IMG/VR virus record: IMGVR_UViG_3300029305_002265
Strand: one strand, 5' to 3'
From: a virus
Taxonomy: Duplodnaviria > Heunggongvirae > Uroviricota > Caudoviricetes
Length of the DNA stretch: 64,000 nucleotides
The notes below the pieces were generated by a model that searched no databases, was not told where the DNA came from, and saw only the letters and a list, made by a program, of their open reading frames with translations. Made by a program: the position numbers and the translations under genes. Positions 36,525 to 46,186 of the stretch are shown in pieces. Position 1 is the first letter of the stretch; each line of letters starts with the position of its first letter.

Positions 36525-38027
36525 ATGGCCTCAAAAAAAATTCAAATAGTCGGTCTTGATATTCCTCAATCTGATTGGGCTCAGACCGACGAAACGCAAT
36601 TAGATTTTATAAAAAATAAGCCAAACCTTGGCAGCCTCGCTACAAAAGATGAGGTTGCCAAGAGTGACCTTGCAGCCGAGGTTCGGAAGGCGCTTGACAC
36701 TAAACCAAGCTATACTTCCGATGAAGTGGGTGCTATTCCAATTGCTCAAAAGGGCATCGCGGACGGTGTAGCAACTTTGGACGAAAATGGTCACGTTCCG
36801 TCTACTCAGCTGCCTTCATATGTCGATGATGTTATAGAGGGCTATGTAAACGAAGATTGTACCAAATTTTATGAAGATGAAGCAAAGACAAAAGAAGTGA
36901 CATCGGAAACAGGTAAAATCTATCTCGATCTTATTTCTCTTCGAACTTATCGTTGGGGCGGTTCCATGTTTGCTGAAATTTCGGAGTCGCTTGCGCTTGG
37001 CGAAACTTCCAATACCGCATATTATGGAGATAAGGGTAAGGTTGCCTACGACCATAGTCAGATAACGGGCGAAAATCCACACGGCGTTACGGCCGAACAG
37101 GTTGGGCTTGGCAATGTAAACAACACTGCCGATGCCGATAAGCCTATATCGACTGCACAAGCATCAGCAATTGCTGACGCTAAAAAGGCGGGCACTGACG
37201 CACAAGCTAATTTGAACGCACACACTGCCGATATAAATAACCCTCATGGAGTAACACTTACTCAGCTTGGTGTAACGGCTACTGCCGATGAGCTTAATTA
37301 TGTTGATGGGGTAACAGGCAACATTCAAACACAATTAAACGGAAAACTTAGTGATTATACAATTGAAATATATAACGGCACTTCTGGTAACCCAAAACCT
37401 GTAAGGTTCTTAACAGTTAACTATACGACTTGTGATTCCGAGAATGGTGTTGCAATTAAAGTTGGTATGGTTTCGGGTCATGGTAATGGTACTTCTTATG
37501 CTTTCTTGCAGGACGCAATAATTAAAGTAAGTTACTTAGGTGGTGTAGAAGTAGACAATTTCAAGTATTACGGGGCATCTACTGGTACTTATGATGGTGC
37601 AAATAGACAGTATGGTGATATCTTCTGGGTGATTGACGGTACAAATAAAATTGTTGATTTCTATGTTTTAATGGGTCAGTATGCTCGTGTGAATAGTACT
37701 GTTTACAAGAAGTTAACCTATAGTTCTGGCGGAACTGTAACTCAACATAAGAGTGGCGCTGTTTATTCAACTGGAACAAAAGAATGGGCGAATAATAGTA
37801 ATATTGCTCTACTGAGTGACCTTCCAACGAGTATGACACCGACAGCTCACGATCAAGCGGCAAGCACTATCACAGCGGGAACATTTGCAGGACAAGTGAA
37901 GGCTAATGCAGTCGCTGTACAAACGCTTGGAATGGCACAAGTGCGAAACATCTATGCAGGTACAAGTGACTTAACTGCAGGAAGTTCGTCACTTGCTACA
38001 GGTGATATTTATTTTGTCTATGAGTAA
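36525..38027 (+). CDS. Tail-fibre-like protein
   Basis: QSDWAQTD...FIKNKP; VPSTQLPSYVDDVIEG; two NPHGVT..Q.G repeats. Confidence 0.75.
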   Translation: MASKKIQIVGLDIPQSDWAQTDETQLDFIKNKPNLGSLATKDEVAKSDLAAEVRKALDTKPSYTSDEVGAIPIAQKGIADGVATLDENGHVPSTQLPSYVDDVIEGYVNEDCTKFYEDEAKTKEVTSETGKIYLDLISLRTYRWGGSMFAEISESLALGETSNTAYYGDKGKVAYDHSQITGENPHGVTAEQVGLGNVNNTADADKPISTAQASAIADAKKAGTDAQANLNAHTADINNPHGVTLTQLGVTATADELNYVDGVTGNIQTQLNGKLSDYTIEIYNGTSGNPKPVRFLTVNYTTCDSENGVAIKVGMVSGHGNGTSYAFLQDAIIKVSYLGGVEVDNFKYYGASTGTYDGANRQYGDIFWVIDGTNKIVDFYVLMGQYARVNSTVYKKLTYSSGGTVTQHKSGAVYSTGTKEWANNSNIALLSDLPTSMTPTAHDQAASTITAGTFAGQVKANAVAVQTLGMAQVRNIYAGTSDLTAGSSSLATGDIYFVYE

Positions 38028-38039
38028 GGTGGTGACGAT

Positions 38040-39215
38040 ATGGCAAAGAAAGCTTATATCGGCGTTGAAGGTATAGCGAGGAAGATAAAGAAAGGCTATA
38101 TCGGCGTAGATGAAATTGCACGAAAAATTAAAAAAGCATATATTGGCATTGGTGGTGTAGCTAGACCTTGTTTTTCAAGCAGTGGATTACATTACTATGG
38201 AGAAATAACATCTTTAGGAGCAAGCCTATACGATTTTGCTGCAACATCGGTAGGAGACTATGCATTATTTGGTGGAGGTGCTATTTCTGTAAGTAATCCA
38301 CGTGATTATGTTAAAGCATATAATTCTTCGTTTACACAAATGACACCTACTGCATTAAGTGTTGCAAGAGAAGAACTCACTGCGACATCAGTTGGAAATT
38401 ATGCTTTATTTGCTGGAGGAGCTAAATGCCGCTTAAATTCTGGTGATCTTACATATACAGAATATGATACTGTAGATGCTTATGACATTTCTTTAACAAG
38501 AACAATTCCTACTGTATTAAGCTATGCAAAAAGACGAATAGCTGCAACATCAGTTGGAAATTATGCTTTGTTTTGTGGTGGTAAAAGTTCGTCTTATAAT
38601 GACCAAAGTGGAAATTTTATATTTAGAGAATCGGATGCTTATAATACATCATTAACAAGAAGCATATTAACTTCATTAAGTGATGATAAAGGTGATTTAG
38701 CTGCAACTACTATAGGTAATTATGCTTTGTTTGGTGGAGGCTCTGGTACTGAAACCAAACCTAATTCTGATACTGTAGACGCTTATGATACATCTTTAAC
38801 AAAAATAATGCCTACTGCATTAAGTGTTGGAAGATACTCTTTAGCTGCAACGTCGGTTGGAGCTTATGCTTTATTTGGTGGAGGTTACATTTATAATTCA
38901 GACGCTCCTCACTCTTCTGTTGTTGACGCATACAATCAATCATTAACAAGAAGTACTCCAATTGGTTTAAGTGTTGCGAGAAGTAATCTATCTGCGACTA
39001 CTGCAGGAATTTATGCCTTGTTTAGTGGCGGTAATGATAAATCAAATGAAGCTGCTGCTTATGTAGTAGATGCTTATGACATCTCTCTAACAAGAACAAT
39101 TCCTACTGCATTAACTGGTGACGGAAATGGCTCTGCAGCAACTTCTCTTAAAAATTATGCATTGTTTGGAGCTAGATATGGTAAAGTTGAAGTTTATGAA
39201 TATGTACCTGAATAA
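38040..39215 (+). CDS. Kelch-like beta-propeller repeat protein
   Basis: N-terminal triple KKAYIG..GIAR repeat, then six ~50-aa AATSVGNYALFGGG...DAYD.SLTR..PT.LS repeats. Confidence 0.75.
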   Translation: MAKKAYIGVEGIARKIKKGYIGVDEIARKIKKAYIGIGGVARPCFSSSGLHYYGEITSLGASLYDFAATSVGDYALFGGGAISVSNPRDYVKAYNSSFTQMTPTALSVAREELTATSVGNYALFAGGAKCRLNSGDLTYTEYDTVDAYDISLTRTIPTVLSYAKRRIAATSVGNYALFCGGKSSSYNDQSGNFIFRESDAYNTSLTRSILTSLSDDKGDLAATTIGNYALFGGGSGTETKPNSDTVDAYDTSLTKIMPTALSVGRYSLAATSVGAYALFGGGYIYNSDAPHSSVVDAYNQSLTRSTPIGLSVARSNLSATTAGIYALFSGGNDKSNEAAAYVVDAYDISLTRTIPTALTGDGNGSAATSLKNYALFGARYGKVEVYEYVPE

Positions 39216-39239
39216 TAAATAAGAAGGAGATAAATTAAT

Positions 39240-39647
39240 ATGTCAAGATATGCAATTTGGAATAAGAAAGACCCTATTCTCACTCCTATTGGCGAAGTAT
39301 TAACCGCAGAACAGTGGATTGATAGATACCCAATAGCGGGAGTGGAAACTGTCACTATAGTTTGTGGTGGTGGTGAAATTAATGGTGCATTTTTCGGCAC
39401 TCTTGGTAGTATGGTAGAAACTTATACCAAGCAGGGCTGCGATTTCTCTGCTTGCGTAACTGCGGAGGAAAAAATCACCACTATTGAAGCTTTTGAGGAT
39501 GAGAAAACAGCAAAAGCAGCAGCGGAAGCAAAAGCGGCGGCAGAAGCAGAAGCTGCAAATGCAGAACTTAATGCCTCTTCTCTTGCAAGTATAGCCGCGA
39601 GTATGGAATATCAGAATATGCTCACTCTTGAAGATACGGAGGTATAA
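39240..39647 (+). CDS. Hypothetical protein preceding XkdX (XkdW-like position)
   Basis: 135 aa; Ala-rich C-terminal helix ending LASIAASMEY. Confidence 0.65.
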   Translation: MSRYAIWNKKDPILTPIGEVLTAEQWIDRYPIAGVETVTIVCGGGEINGAFFGTLGSMVETYTKQGCDFSACVTAEEKITTIEAFEDEKTAKAAAEAKAAAEAEAANAELNASSLASIAASMEYQNMLTLEDTEV

Positions 39648-39649
39648 TA

Positions 39650-39781
39650 ATGAGTTACGAAAGAATTAAATACTATTATGAAGCAGGACTTTGGAGTGCA
39701 CCCATGGTAAAAATGGCTGTTCGTAAAGGTGTAATTACTAAGGAACAATACACTGAAATTACAGGAAAAGAATACAAATAA
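39650..39781 (+). CDS. XkdX-family small protein (43 aa, missed by ORF track)
   Basis: MSYERIKYYYEAGLWSAPMVKMAVRKGVITKEQYTEITGKEYK; GGAGG RBS. Confidence 0.85.
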   Translation: MSYERIKYYYEAGLWSAPMVKMAVRKGVITKEQYTEITGKEYK

Positions 39782-39818
39782 TAATACAAATTAAAATATA
39801 TAGAAAGGAGTGGTATCT

Positions 39819-40226
39819 ATGATTCGTGGAACAAATGCAGAATTTAGATTTAAATTGCCCTATGATTATGATGAAATAGCGGCAGTGCAAATTGTTTTTT
39901 GGCAAGATAATAATGATGGTCCGTCAAAAGATAGACCTTTGCCAATATATAAAGCAAAGTCGCAATGTCTCAAAGGAGACACCCCAAATATACTTTGCGT
40001 AATATTACACCAAGAAGAAACATTAAGATTTACAGAAAAAAGAAAGGCAAAGGTTCAGCTAAGGGCAACAACCACAACGGGCACACCTATTGCTTGTAAA
40101 GAACGATTAATTACGGTTTATCCTGTTTATGATGATTCTGTTTTAGACGACGTAATTCCAACTACTCCGAGTTACGATGGGCTTATTATACTTGATGGTC
40201 AAAATATTATAGAAGGAGAGTGGTAA
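39819..40226 (+). CDS. BppU-N-like protein
   Basis: MIRGT...F.LP.D..EI..VQIVFWQ...LHQEETLRF...KVQLRA. Confidence 0.6.
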   Translation: MIRGTNAEFRFKLPYDYDEIAAVQIVFWQDNNDGPSKDRPLPIYKAKSQCLKGDTPNILCVILHQEETLRFTEKRKAKVQLRATTTTGTPIACKERLITVYPVYDDSVLDDVIPTTPSYDGLIILDGQNIIEGEW

Positions 40227-40228
40227 CA

Positions 40229-43200
40229 ATGCAGGAAGAAGAAATGATTTATGAAGATTTGCAAATATCTGAAATTCAAGATGATATAACTATTGAAGAA
40301 ATTATGCCGGTTGTAGAGGTAGAGGATGTCGAAACCTTTGAAATTGAAGTGTCTGAGGCCTTTCCTGCATATACCGACATTGACGCACTCAACCATGCTA
40401 TATTAAATAATAGAGAATTAAGTGACCAGCACCCCATCACCGCAATTACAGGGCTTCGTGAGGAGCTAGATTCAATCGAAGCCCTCCAAACAGTATATTC
40501 GGATAAGAAAGGTAATGCAGACTATTACGAATGGGCAGATGGGCACGCAATTGGTGAAAATGGCGTTGGACGTTTTGTGACTTTAAATAGGGATGTTTGC
40601 ACTATATCTATCTGCTCAGGCGATGATATATTTGGCGTTGTTGCTGATAGCGCCGCTTTTGTTGGTGGTCAGGACGACGTCGCAAGGGACGATCACTATG
40701 GATTAGTGGTTACTTCTGGAGCCGTGCTTGTTAGATGCAACTTAGATGTTGCAGAGGGAGACTATGTTATTTCGGACTCATATGGCATAGCAACTAAGTC
40801 TAGCTCTGGGCATGGTTATAAGGTTGTGTCGTTGCACGATATTAAGGGTGTGCCACACGCAACAATTAATTTAAACATATCGGCGGATCAGATTGACTTG
40901 ATGGGTTCTGAATTACAGAACTTAGATTCTCGTATGGACGCTGCCGAATCGAATATTGTATCTGCTGTCAATGTGGCAAATGAGGCATACAAGAAGGCAG
41001 CTGAGGCAGGAAATGTAAGTATCAATGCTTCGAATAAAGCACAGGATGCGCTAGATACATCCAATAAAGTGCTTGACTCGGTGGGTAATTTAGAAAATGC
41101 GGCTTCGCAAAGCCAAATTATCGCAGCACAGGCTAAGGCTATTGCAGAGGGCGCTTTGGTTTCAGCGGAGACTATGTGTCAAGAAGCTATCGATGAAGCT
41201 AATGAGGCATTGGACGAAGCGGCAAAACTTAGAGAAGACTTTAGTGATATTATTGATAACGTAAATGGCGATATTGGCGATACCGTTAACGACATGAAAA
41301 AAATGATGGAAGACTTGGAACCTTTAGCAGCATGGCCCGAGGGCGCCACTGGTGATGACATTAAGGGAATTGCCGGATTTGTGGCGAGAGCAGACGAAGA
41401 TTCTGCCATACTTGGTGCAATGGTTGGCAGAAAAGGCGAGGAAGGCGAAACTCTTGCTGGGTTTATACAGGAGGCCGAAGAAACTCGTGCTACAGTCAGG
41501 GCTTTTGCTTCATATGAGCAAAAAGACGAAAACGGTGATGTGATTGGCGAGGGGGTAGCCGGATTTATATCTCAGGTGGACGTTAACAAGGCAAATATTG
41601 AGGCTGTGACAAAACTTGAGGGTGATGGCTATACGGGAATTTCAGGTTTGGTTGCCCAGGTTGACGCTAATAAATCAGAACTTTCTAATATCACCACTCA
41701 CACTTACACAGACGCTAATGGAGAAACTAAAACTGGTTTGGCGGCAATAGACTTGCAGGTTACCGATCAGGGAACTACAATTAATGGTCTTGTTGATTGG
41801 CAAGGCGACGCTAATACCGCCATGGCTCGCATTGAGCAGAAGGCAGATGCTAACGGTGCTTATATTCAGAGCACAGTTGCAAACCTTGATAAATATGCCG
41901 TTGGCCCATACTCACAATCGTATAACTTTAAGTTAGACCAAGCAAAAAGTATTTTAACAAAGGGTATGATATATGTACCAACAAGCACACATACAGAGGA
42001 TTTACCATCTAGTAGAACCTTCACAAAACAATATTATTATACATGGGACGGCGTAAAATGGGTTACATCTAGTACTGTTGCAGTTTTTCATTCTGATAAG
42101 TATGAAACCGGCACTGCCAATAGCCCATATTGGTACATACCTGGAGAGAATAATATTATACAAAACGGAATTACATACTACTCTCACACGCTGTACAAAT
42201 GGGAGTTATGCTGGGTTGCTGTTGCTACGCTTGAGGGTAATTCACAAAGCAGAGCCGTGAGCCAAATTAGGCAGGATACAAATAGTATTGTTGCTGAGGT
42301 TACGGATGCTCGTGGAAATTCGGCGTCATTAAGTGCCAAGATAACTGATACTGATACTAAAGTGAATACGGTGGCCTCTTGGCAAAGTGGTGCGGAAACA
42401 AGACTTGCGGCAGTAGAGCAGAAAGCAACTGATAATGGCGCAAGTATCGGACTTGTTGTTTCTGATTGTAAGGTTAACGGATCTGTTGTTATTGATGCTA
42501 TTAATGGCACAACTAATGCCTCCATCACAGCGGACCACATCAATCTTAATGGTGCGGTCACAGCAAATAATAACGTCACTATAAGCACAGACGGTAGAAT
42601 TACAGCTGTTAATGCAGATATTACTGGCGCAATTACAGCAACTTCTTTGAATTTAGGCACTAATAAAATTTCTACTAACAATATCTCCGGCTTGTCTACC
42701 GTTGCAACAAGCGGTAAATATACGGATTTGGGTGACCAACCGACAATACCTACGAAAACCAGTCAATTAACTAACGATAGTGGGCTAGCATATACATCGC
42801 AAATTCCCACGTCCGTTAGCCAACTTGGACTTGATACTTCAAAGATTATTTACAAAGGTGATGTAACTCAAACGGAAAAAACAGATGAGTACGGTCAAAC
42901 ATACATTGAAACCAAGTTTGGCGATATAACTTATGATACTTATAGCGCGGGTGATTATATGGTCTTTGGTCAACAGGTGGGTACTAACGCTGATAATAAT
43001 AATTATTTTACACTATCTAAAGAAGGGTTGTTGACCGCGCGAAATGCTGTAATCTATGGTGAGATTTATGCTGGCGAAGGTCAGATCGGTGGCTGGGAGA
43101 TTGGCGACAGTTTGAGCAAAACAGTTAAAAGTATCGGCACTAACTACACTACTTATTATACTACATCTATTGCTCCTCCTGATAGTGTGTCAAGTAAAGT

Positions 43201-44743
43201 TTTTAGTATTCATCGTAAAGGTGTGACTAATAGTGGTGTGGTTGATGTAGATAATACGCCATTTTATATACAAGCCGACGGAGCTATAAATGCTAGCGGC
43301 GGATTTATTGGTGGTTGGAGTCTTTCACCTTATGGCCTTATGACGGTAGGTTCTGATTCGATGTATACAGGTATTAGAATAGACAGGATTAGTAGTCGAG
43401 CGGTTTCGTCATTAATCGAGGGCAATCCTGATGGATATATTCGATTTTTTTCTGGCGCGACATCACAATACGGAGATGGTGCAAAATTCAAAGTTCTTAA
43501 TGATGGTTCTCTGTATGCAGAGGCGGTAAAACTTGGTAGTGGTGATATCGGCGATAATGATAGTGTATTTATAAGCACGACTAATACGACTGGACCAGCA
43601 ACCTTCTTCCCGGATAATTCTACGGGAACTGCGACTGCGAGAACAAATTGGCGAATGACGGTTGGTAGTAATTTCGGCGTAACATCCGATGGGTGTGTAT
43701 TCACACAGAATGCTAATATTGCAGGTACAGTTAAAGCAACTAGCGGTGAGTTTTATGGAGATATATATGCTAGTGGCGGTAACATAGCTGGATTTGAGAT
43801 AGGAAACGGCACTCTGACTGCGAATCAAGGAGTAAAGATACAAGGTGGTGCCTTTACTTATATAGGCTTAAACACGTCGACTGGAGGCACTGCACAGACT
43901 TCGACAATAAGTATGCAGGCGTGGGGTAAGGATGGTAAGATTCATATACGTATTAAATCTGACAAGGCATTATTATTGGACGCCTCTTTTCATGTCAGGA
44001 TAAGAATGTATACATATGATGTTATTGGCCAAGCTGGTCTATGGAGTGCAACACACACATTCACCATTTCAAAGAACAATACGACTAGCGACTGGTACAC
44101 TCCTTGGTCAGATTCATATATTCTAGATACTTATTATGCTGGAACATTTGAGGCAAACTTTACACATCTAGCAGGAGATTATAATAGTGATGATTTGGTG
44201 TCATTAAGTAACTTATGGAACGCCACTGAATCGAGTCCTTATACATATACGGGAAACAGTAACTATGCATCTTTTCAGTTAACTCAAGACACTTCATCGC
44301 AAATTGAAATAAAGGGAAATTTGATGCCGACAATAAATGATAATCCAAAATCGGGATATAGTATTGGTAACGATGAACGCTATTGGAATAGCATTGTTTG
44401 TTACAATCTTACTCAAAAGTCAGATAAAAACTTAAAAAATACTATAAGCGATTTGAATGAATCGTATTCAAAGTTATTTGATAAACTTCGCCCCGTAACT
44501 TATAAGTTTAACGACGGCACAAGTGGACGACTACATACAGGATTTATTGCCCAAGAAATAGGAGATGCTCTTAATGAAGTTGGCATTGACTCACAAAATT
44601 TTGCCGCATATTGTGATTATGAGTGTGAAGATGGCTCGCATACCTACTCTTTGCGATATACTGAGTTTATAGCACTTTGCGTAGATCAAATTCAAAAACT
44701 TAAAAAGCGTGTAGCGGAACTCGAAGCACGACAAAATGATTAA
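40229..44743 (+). CDS. Large tail fibre/spike with C-terminal intramolecular chaperone (peptidase S74)
   Basis: C-terminal SDKNLKNTI...LRPVTYKF...HTGFIAQE...LRYTEFIA...IQKL; coiled-coil middle; G2-like domain near the N-terminus. Confidence 0.85.
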   Translation: MQEEEMIYEDLQISEIQDDITIEEIMPVVEVEDVETFEIEVSEAFPAYTDIDALNHAILNNRELSDQHPITAITGLREELDSIEALQTVYSDKKGNADYYEWADGHAIGENGVGRFVTLNRDVCTISICSGDDIFGVVADSAAFVGGQDDVARDDHYGLVVTSGAVLVRCNLDVAEGDYVISDSYGIATKSSSGHGYKVVSLHDIKGVPHATINLNISADQIDLMGSELQNLDSRMDAAESNIVSAVNVANEAYKKAAEAGNVSINASNKAQDALDTSNKVLDSVGNLENAASQSQIIAAQAKAIAEGALVSAETMCQEAIDEANEALDEAAKLREDFSDIIDNVNGDIGDTVNDMKKMMEDLEPLAAWPEGATGDDIKGIAGFVARADEDSAILGAMVGRKGEEGETLAGFIQEAEETRATVRAFASYEQKDENGDVIGEGVAGFISQVDVNKANIEAVTKLEGDGYTGISGLVAQVDANKSELSNITTHTYTDANGETKTGLAAIDLQVTDQGTTINGLVDWQGDANTAMARIEQKADANGAYIQSTVANLDKYAVGPYSQSYNFKLDQAKSILTKGMIYVPTSTHTEDLPSSRTFTKQYYYTWDGVKWVTSSTVAVFHSDKYETGTANSPYWYIPGENNIIQNGITYYSHTLYKWELCWVAVATLEGNSQSRAVSQIRQDTNSIVAEVTDARGNSASLSAKITDTDTKVNTVASWQSGAETRLAAVEQKATDNGASIGLVVSDCKVNGSVVIDAINGTTNASITADHINLNGAVTANNNVTISTDGRITAVNADITGAITATSLNLGTNKISTNNISGLSTVATSGKYTDLGDQPTIPTKTSQLTNDSGLAYTSQIPTSVSQLGLDTSKIIYKGDVTQTEKTDEYGQTYIETKFGDITYDTYSAGDYMVFGQQVGTNADNNNYFTLSKEGLLTARNAVIYGEIYAGEGQIGGWEIGDSLSKTVKSIGTNYTTYYTTSIAPPDSVSSKVFSIHRKGVTNSGVVDVDNTPFYIQADGAINASGGFIGGWSLSPYGLMTVGSDSMYTGIRIDRISSRAVSSLIEGNPDGYIRFFSGATSQYGDGAKFKVLNDGSLYAEAVKLGSGDIGDNDSVFISTTNTTGPATFFPDNSTGTATARTNWRMTVGSNFGVTSDGCVFTQNANIAGTVKATSGEFYGDIYASGGNIAGFEIGNGTLTANQGVKIQGGAFTYIGLNTSTGGTAQTSTISMQAWGKDGKIHIRIKSDKALLLDASFHVRIRMYTYDVIGQAGLWSATHTFTISKNNTTSDWYTPWSDSYILDTYYAGTFEANFTHLAGDYNSDDLVSLSNLWNATESSPYTYTGNSNYASFQLTQDTSSQIEIKGNLMPTINDNPKSGYSIGNDERYWNSIVCYNLTQKSDKNLKNTISDLNESYSKLFDKLRPVTYKFNDGTSGRLHTGFIAQEIGDALNEVGIDSQNFAAYCDYECEDGSHTYSLRYTEFIALCVDQIQKLKKRVAELEARQND
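44731..44741 (+). promoter_or_regulatory. ACAAAATGATT motif copy
   Basis: Exact 11-mer at the end of the fibre gene, before the next RBS. Confidence 0.45.
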
Positions 44744-44756
44744 AAGGAGAAAACAT

Positions 44757-44990
44757 ATGGAACAGAAACCAATAATCCTCGAACTTGAGGAAGCAAAACA
44801 AGAATTAATACAGTGTGTCAATGACATTATGCGTAAGCACGGGCTCAATTGCTATTTGATGGAGCCTATGTTTGCGGATTTGTACGCCGAAGTTAAGGCT
44901 GGAGCACAGAGAGAATTGGCTCAGGCTAGAGCAAATGAGGCTGCGAAAATGCAGATGGAAGGGGCGGCAGAGGCTGCCCCTCAGGAATAA
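44757..44990 (+). CDS. Small helical hypothetical protein
   Basis: 77 aa; AAAGGAG RBS. Confidence 0.7.
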   Translation: MEQKPIILELEEAKQELIQCVNDIMRKHGLNCYLMEPMFADLYAEVKAGAQRELAQARANEAAKMQMEGAAEAAPQE

Positions 44991-44996
44991 AACAAT

Positions 44997-45007
44997 ACAA
45001 AGTGATT
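44997..45007 (+). promoter_or_regulatory. Variant motif ACAAAGTGATT
   Basis: One mismatch; intergenic; ACAAT upstream context. Confidence 0.45.
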
Positions 45008-45023
45008 AAAAGGAGACTTTATT

Positions 45024-45602
45024 ATGAAAAAAACTATTAAAGAATTTTGTGATGCTTATAAAGCAAAGAGATTTGTTATGACAAAGAACGGCCCAGATGA
45101 GAGATCCGAGTGGCTCAGAAAAGAGCTCGAAATTAAGACTTACATTCCCTTTAGGGAGAAGCGTAAGATTGCAGAAATGATAGTGGCGCAGAACATTAAG
45201 GAAGTTGACGGAATTAAAAAGTATGATGACATCAACAGTTATGTGTCGCTTGTCGTGGCTTCTATTATTGCACATACGAACTTGCGGTTTGATGAGGATG
45301 TGATCGCTGGTTATGACCTATTGGCAGAGAGTGGATTGTTGTCGCAGATTATTGCTGAATTTCAGGGTTCTCATGAGGAGATTGGTATTTTGTTGAAAAT
45401 GGCCATTGCGTCCGAGCTTGAGGATAACAATGTGAATGTTCTTGTGGGCAGATTTTTAGATAGTGTTCTTAAGAGGCTTGATGGTGTTGTTGACGGAGTG
45501 AAAGATTTGGTTGACAACGTCGATCTCAAGGATCTTCTTGGAATGAATTTTGAAGAGGAAGATTTGGCCCAGCTGAAGGGCTTTTTAGATAAAATGAAAT
45601 AA
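45024..45602 (+). CDS. Hypothetical protein, possible tail assembly chaperone
   Basis: 192 aa, two genes upstream of the tape measure gene. Confidence 0.6.
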   Translation: MKKTIKEFCDAYKAKRFVMTKNGPDERSEWLRKELEIKTYIPFREKRKIAEMIVAQNIKEVDGIKKYDDINSYVSLVVASIIAHTNLRFDEDVIAGYDLLAESGLLSQIIAEFQGSHEEIGILLKMAIASELEDNNVNVLVGRFLDSVLKRLDGVVDGVKDLVDNVDLKDLLGMNFEEEDLAQLKGFLDKMK

Positions 45603-45625
45603 AATTTACGGAGGAGTTGGTGGAT

Positions 45626-46174
45626 ATGGCAAAGGAACACACAATAGATGATGTTATTAATAGCATTATAGATAACTATAAAGTCTTATTGGTTGATGCC
45701 GTAGCACACGTAGCAGAGAAAGCAAAAGAGGATATTAAAAGCACTGCGGTTCAATGCATGATCGATTATTATTATGGTGGATATGACCCGACAAGCTACT
45801 ATCGTACAGGTGCTTTGATACAATCAATTATACCGTTTTCGACAATTTCGGCCAAGGGCGAAAAATTACAGTGTGTTGTTGGCGTAGAATATAGTCCATC
45901 AGCATTAAAGGATTATTTGGAAACTTTTGAATACCCTTATAAGGCATCAAAAAAATATGGGGAGCCAGACCCTGAATGGGTAATTGAAAACTTTTGGGAA
46001 GGCAAACACCCTTATACTGATGGTTCAAGTCGGCCCGGAGCAGAGATTAATTACCATAAATCACAGCAAACTCAGGATGAGGCAATGCGTAGACCTTTGC
46101 TATATTATGCACACACAACATTTCCTCGCGCAGTCATGAATTATATGCTCGTAGAGGGCTCAAAACTATTTTAA
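45626..46174 (+). CDS. Hypothetical tail-module protein
   Basis: 182 aa; YDPTSYYRTGAL motif. Confidence 0.7.
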   Translation: MAKEHTIDDVINSIIDNYKVLLVDAVAHVAEKAKEDIKSTAVQCMIDYYYGGYDPTSYYRTGALIQSIIPFSTISAKGEKLQCVVGVEYSPSALKDYLETFEYPYKASKKYGEPDPEWVIENFWEGKHPYTDGSSRPGAEINYHKSQQTQDEAMRRPLLYYAHTTFPRAVMNYMLVEGSKLF

Positions 46175-46186
46175 GGAGGTGGTGAT

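Noticed and set aside
32553-39170. CRISPR-like arrays
   Set aside because: The repeats are in-frame coding repeats (LRR, Kelch-like) without unique spacers.
23158-39215. Diversity-generating retroelement suggested by Mtd_N domains and variable repeats
   Set aside because: No reverse transcriptase and no template/variable repeat pair with adenine-specific differences seen in the window; one elsewhere in the genome cannot be excluded.
45024-46174. Programmed frameshift joining tail assembly chaperone ORFs
   Set aside because: No convincing slippery heptamer near the end of 45024..45602, and the downstream gene has its own RBS.
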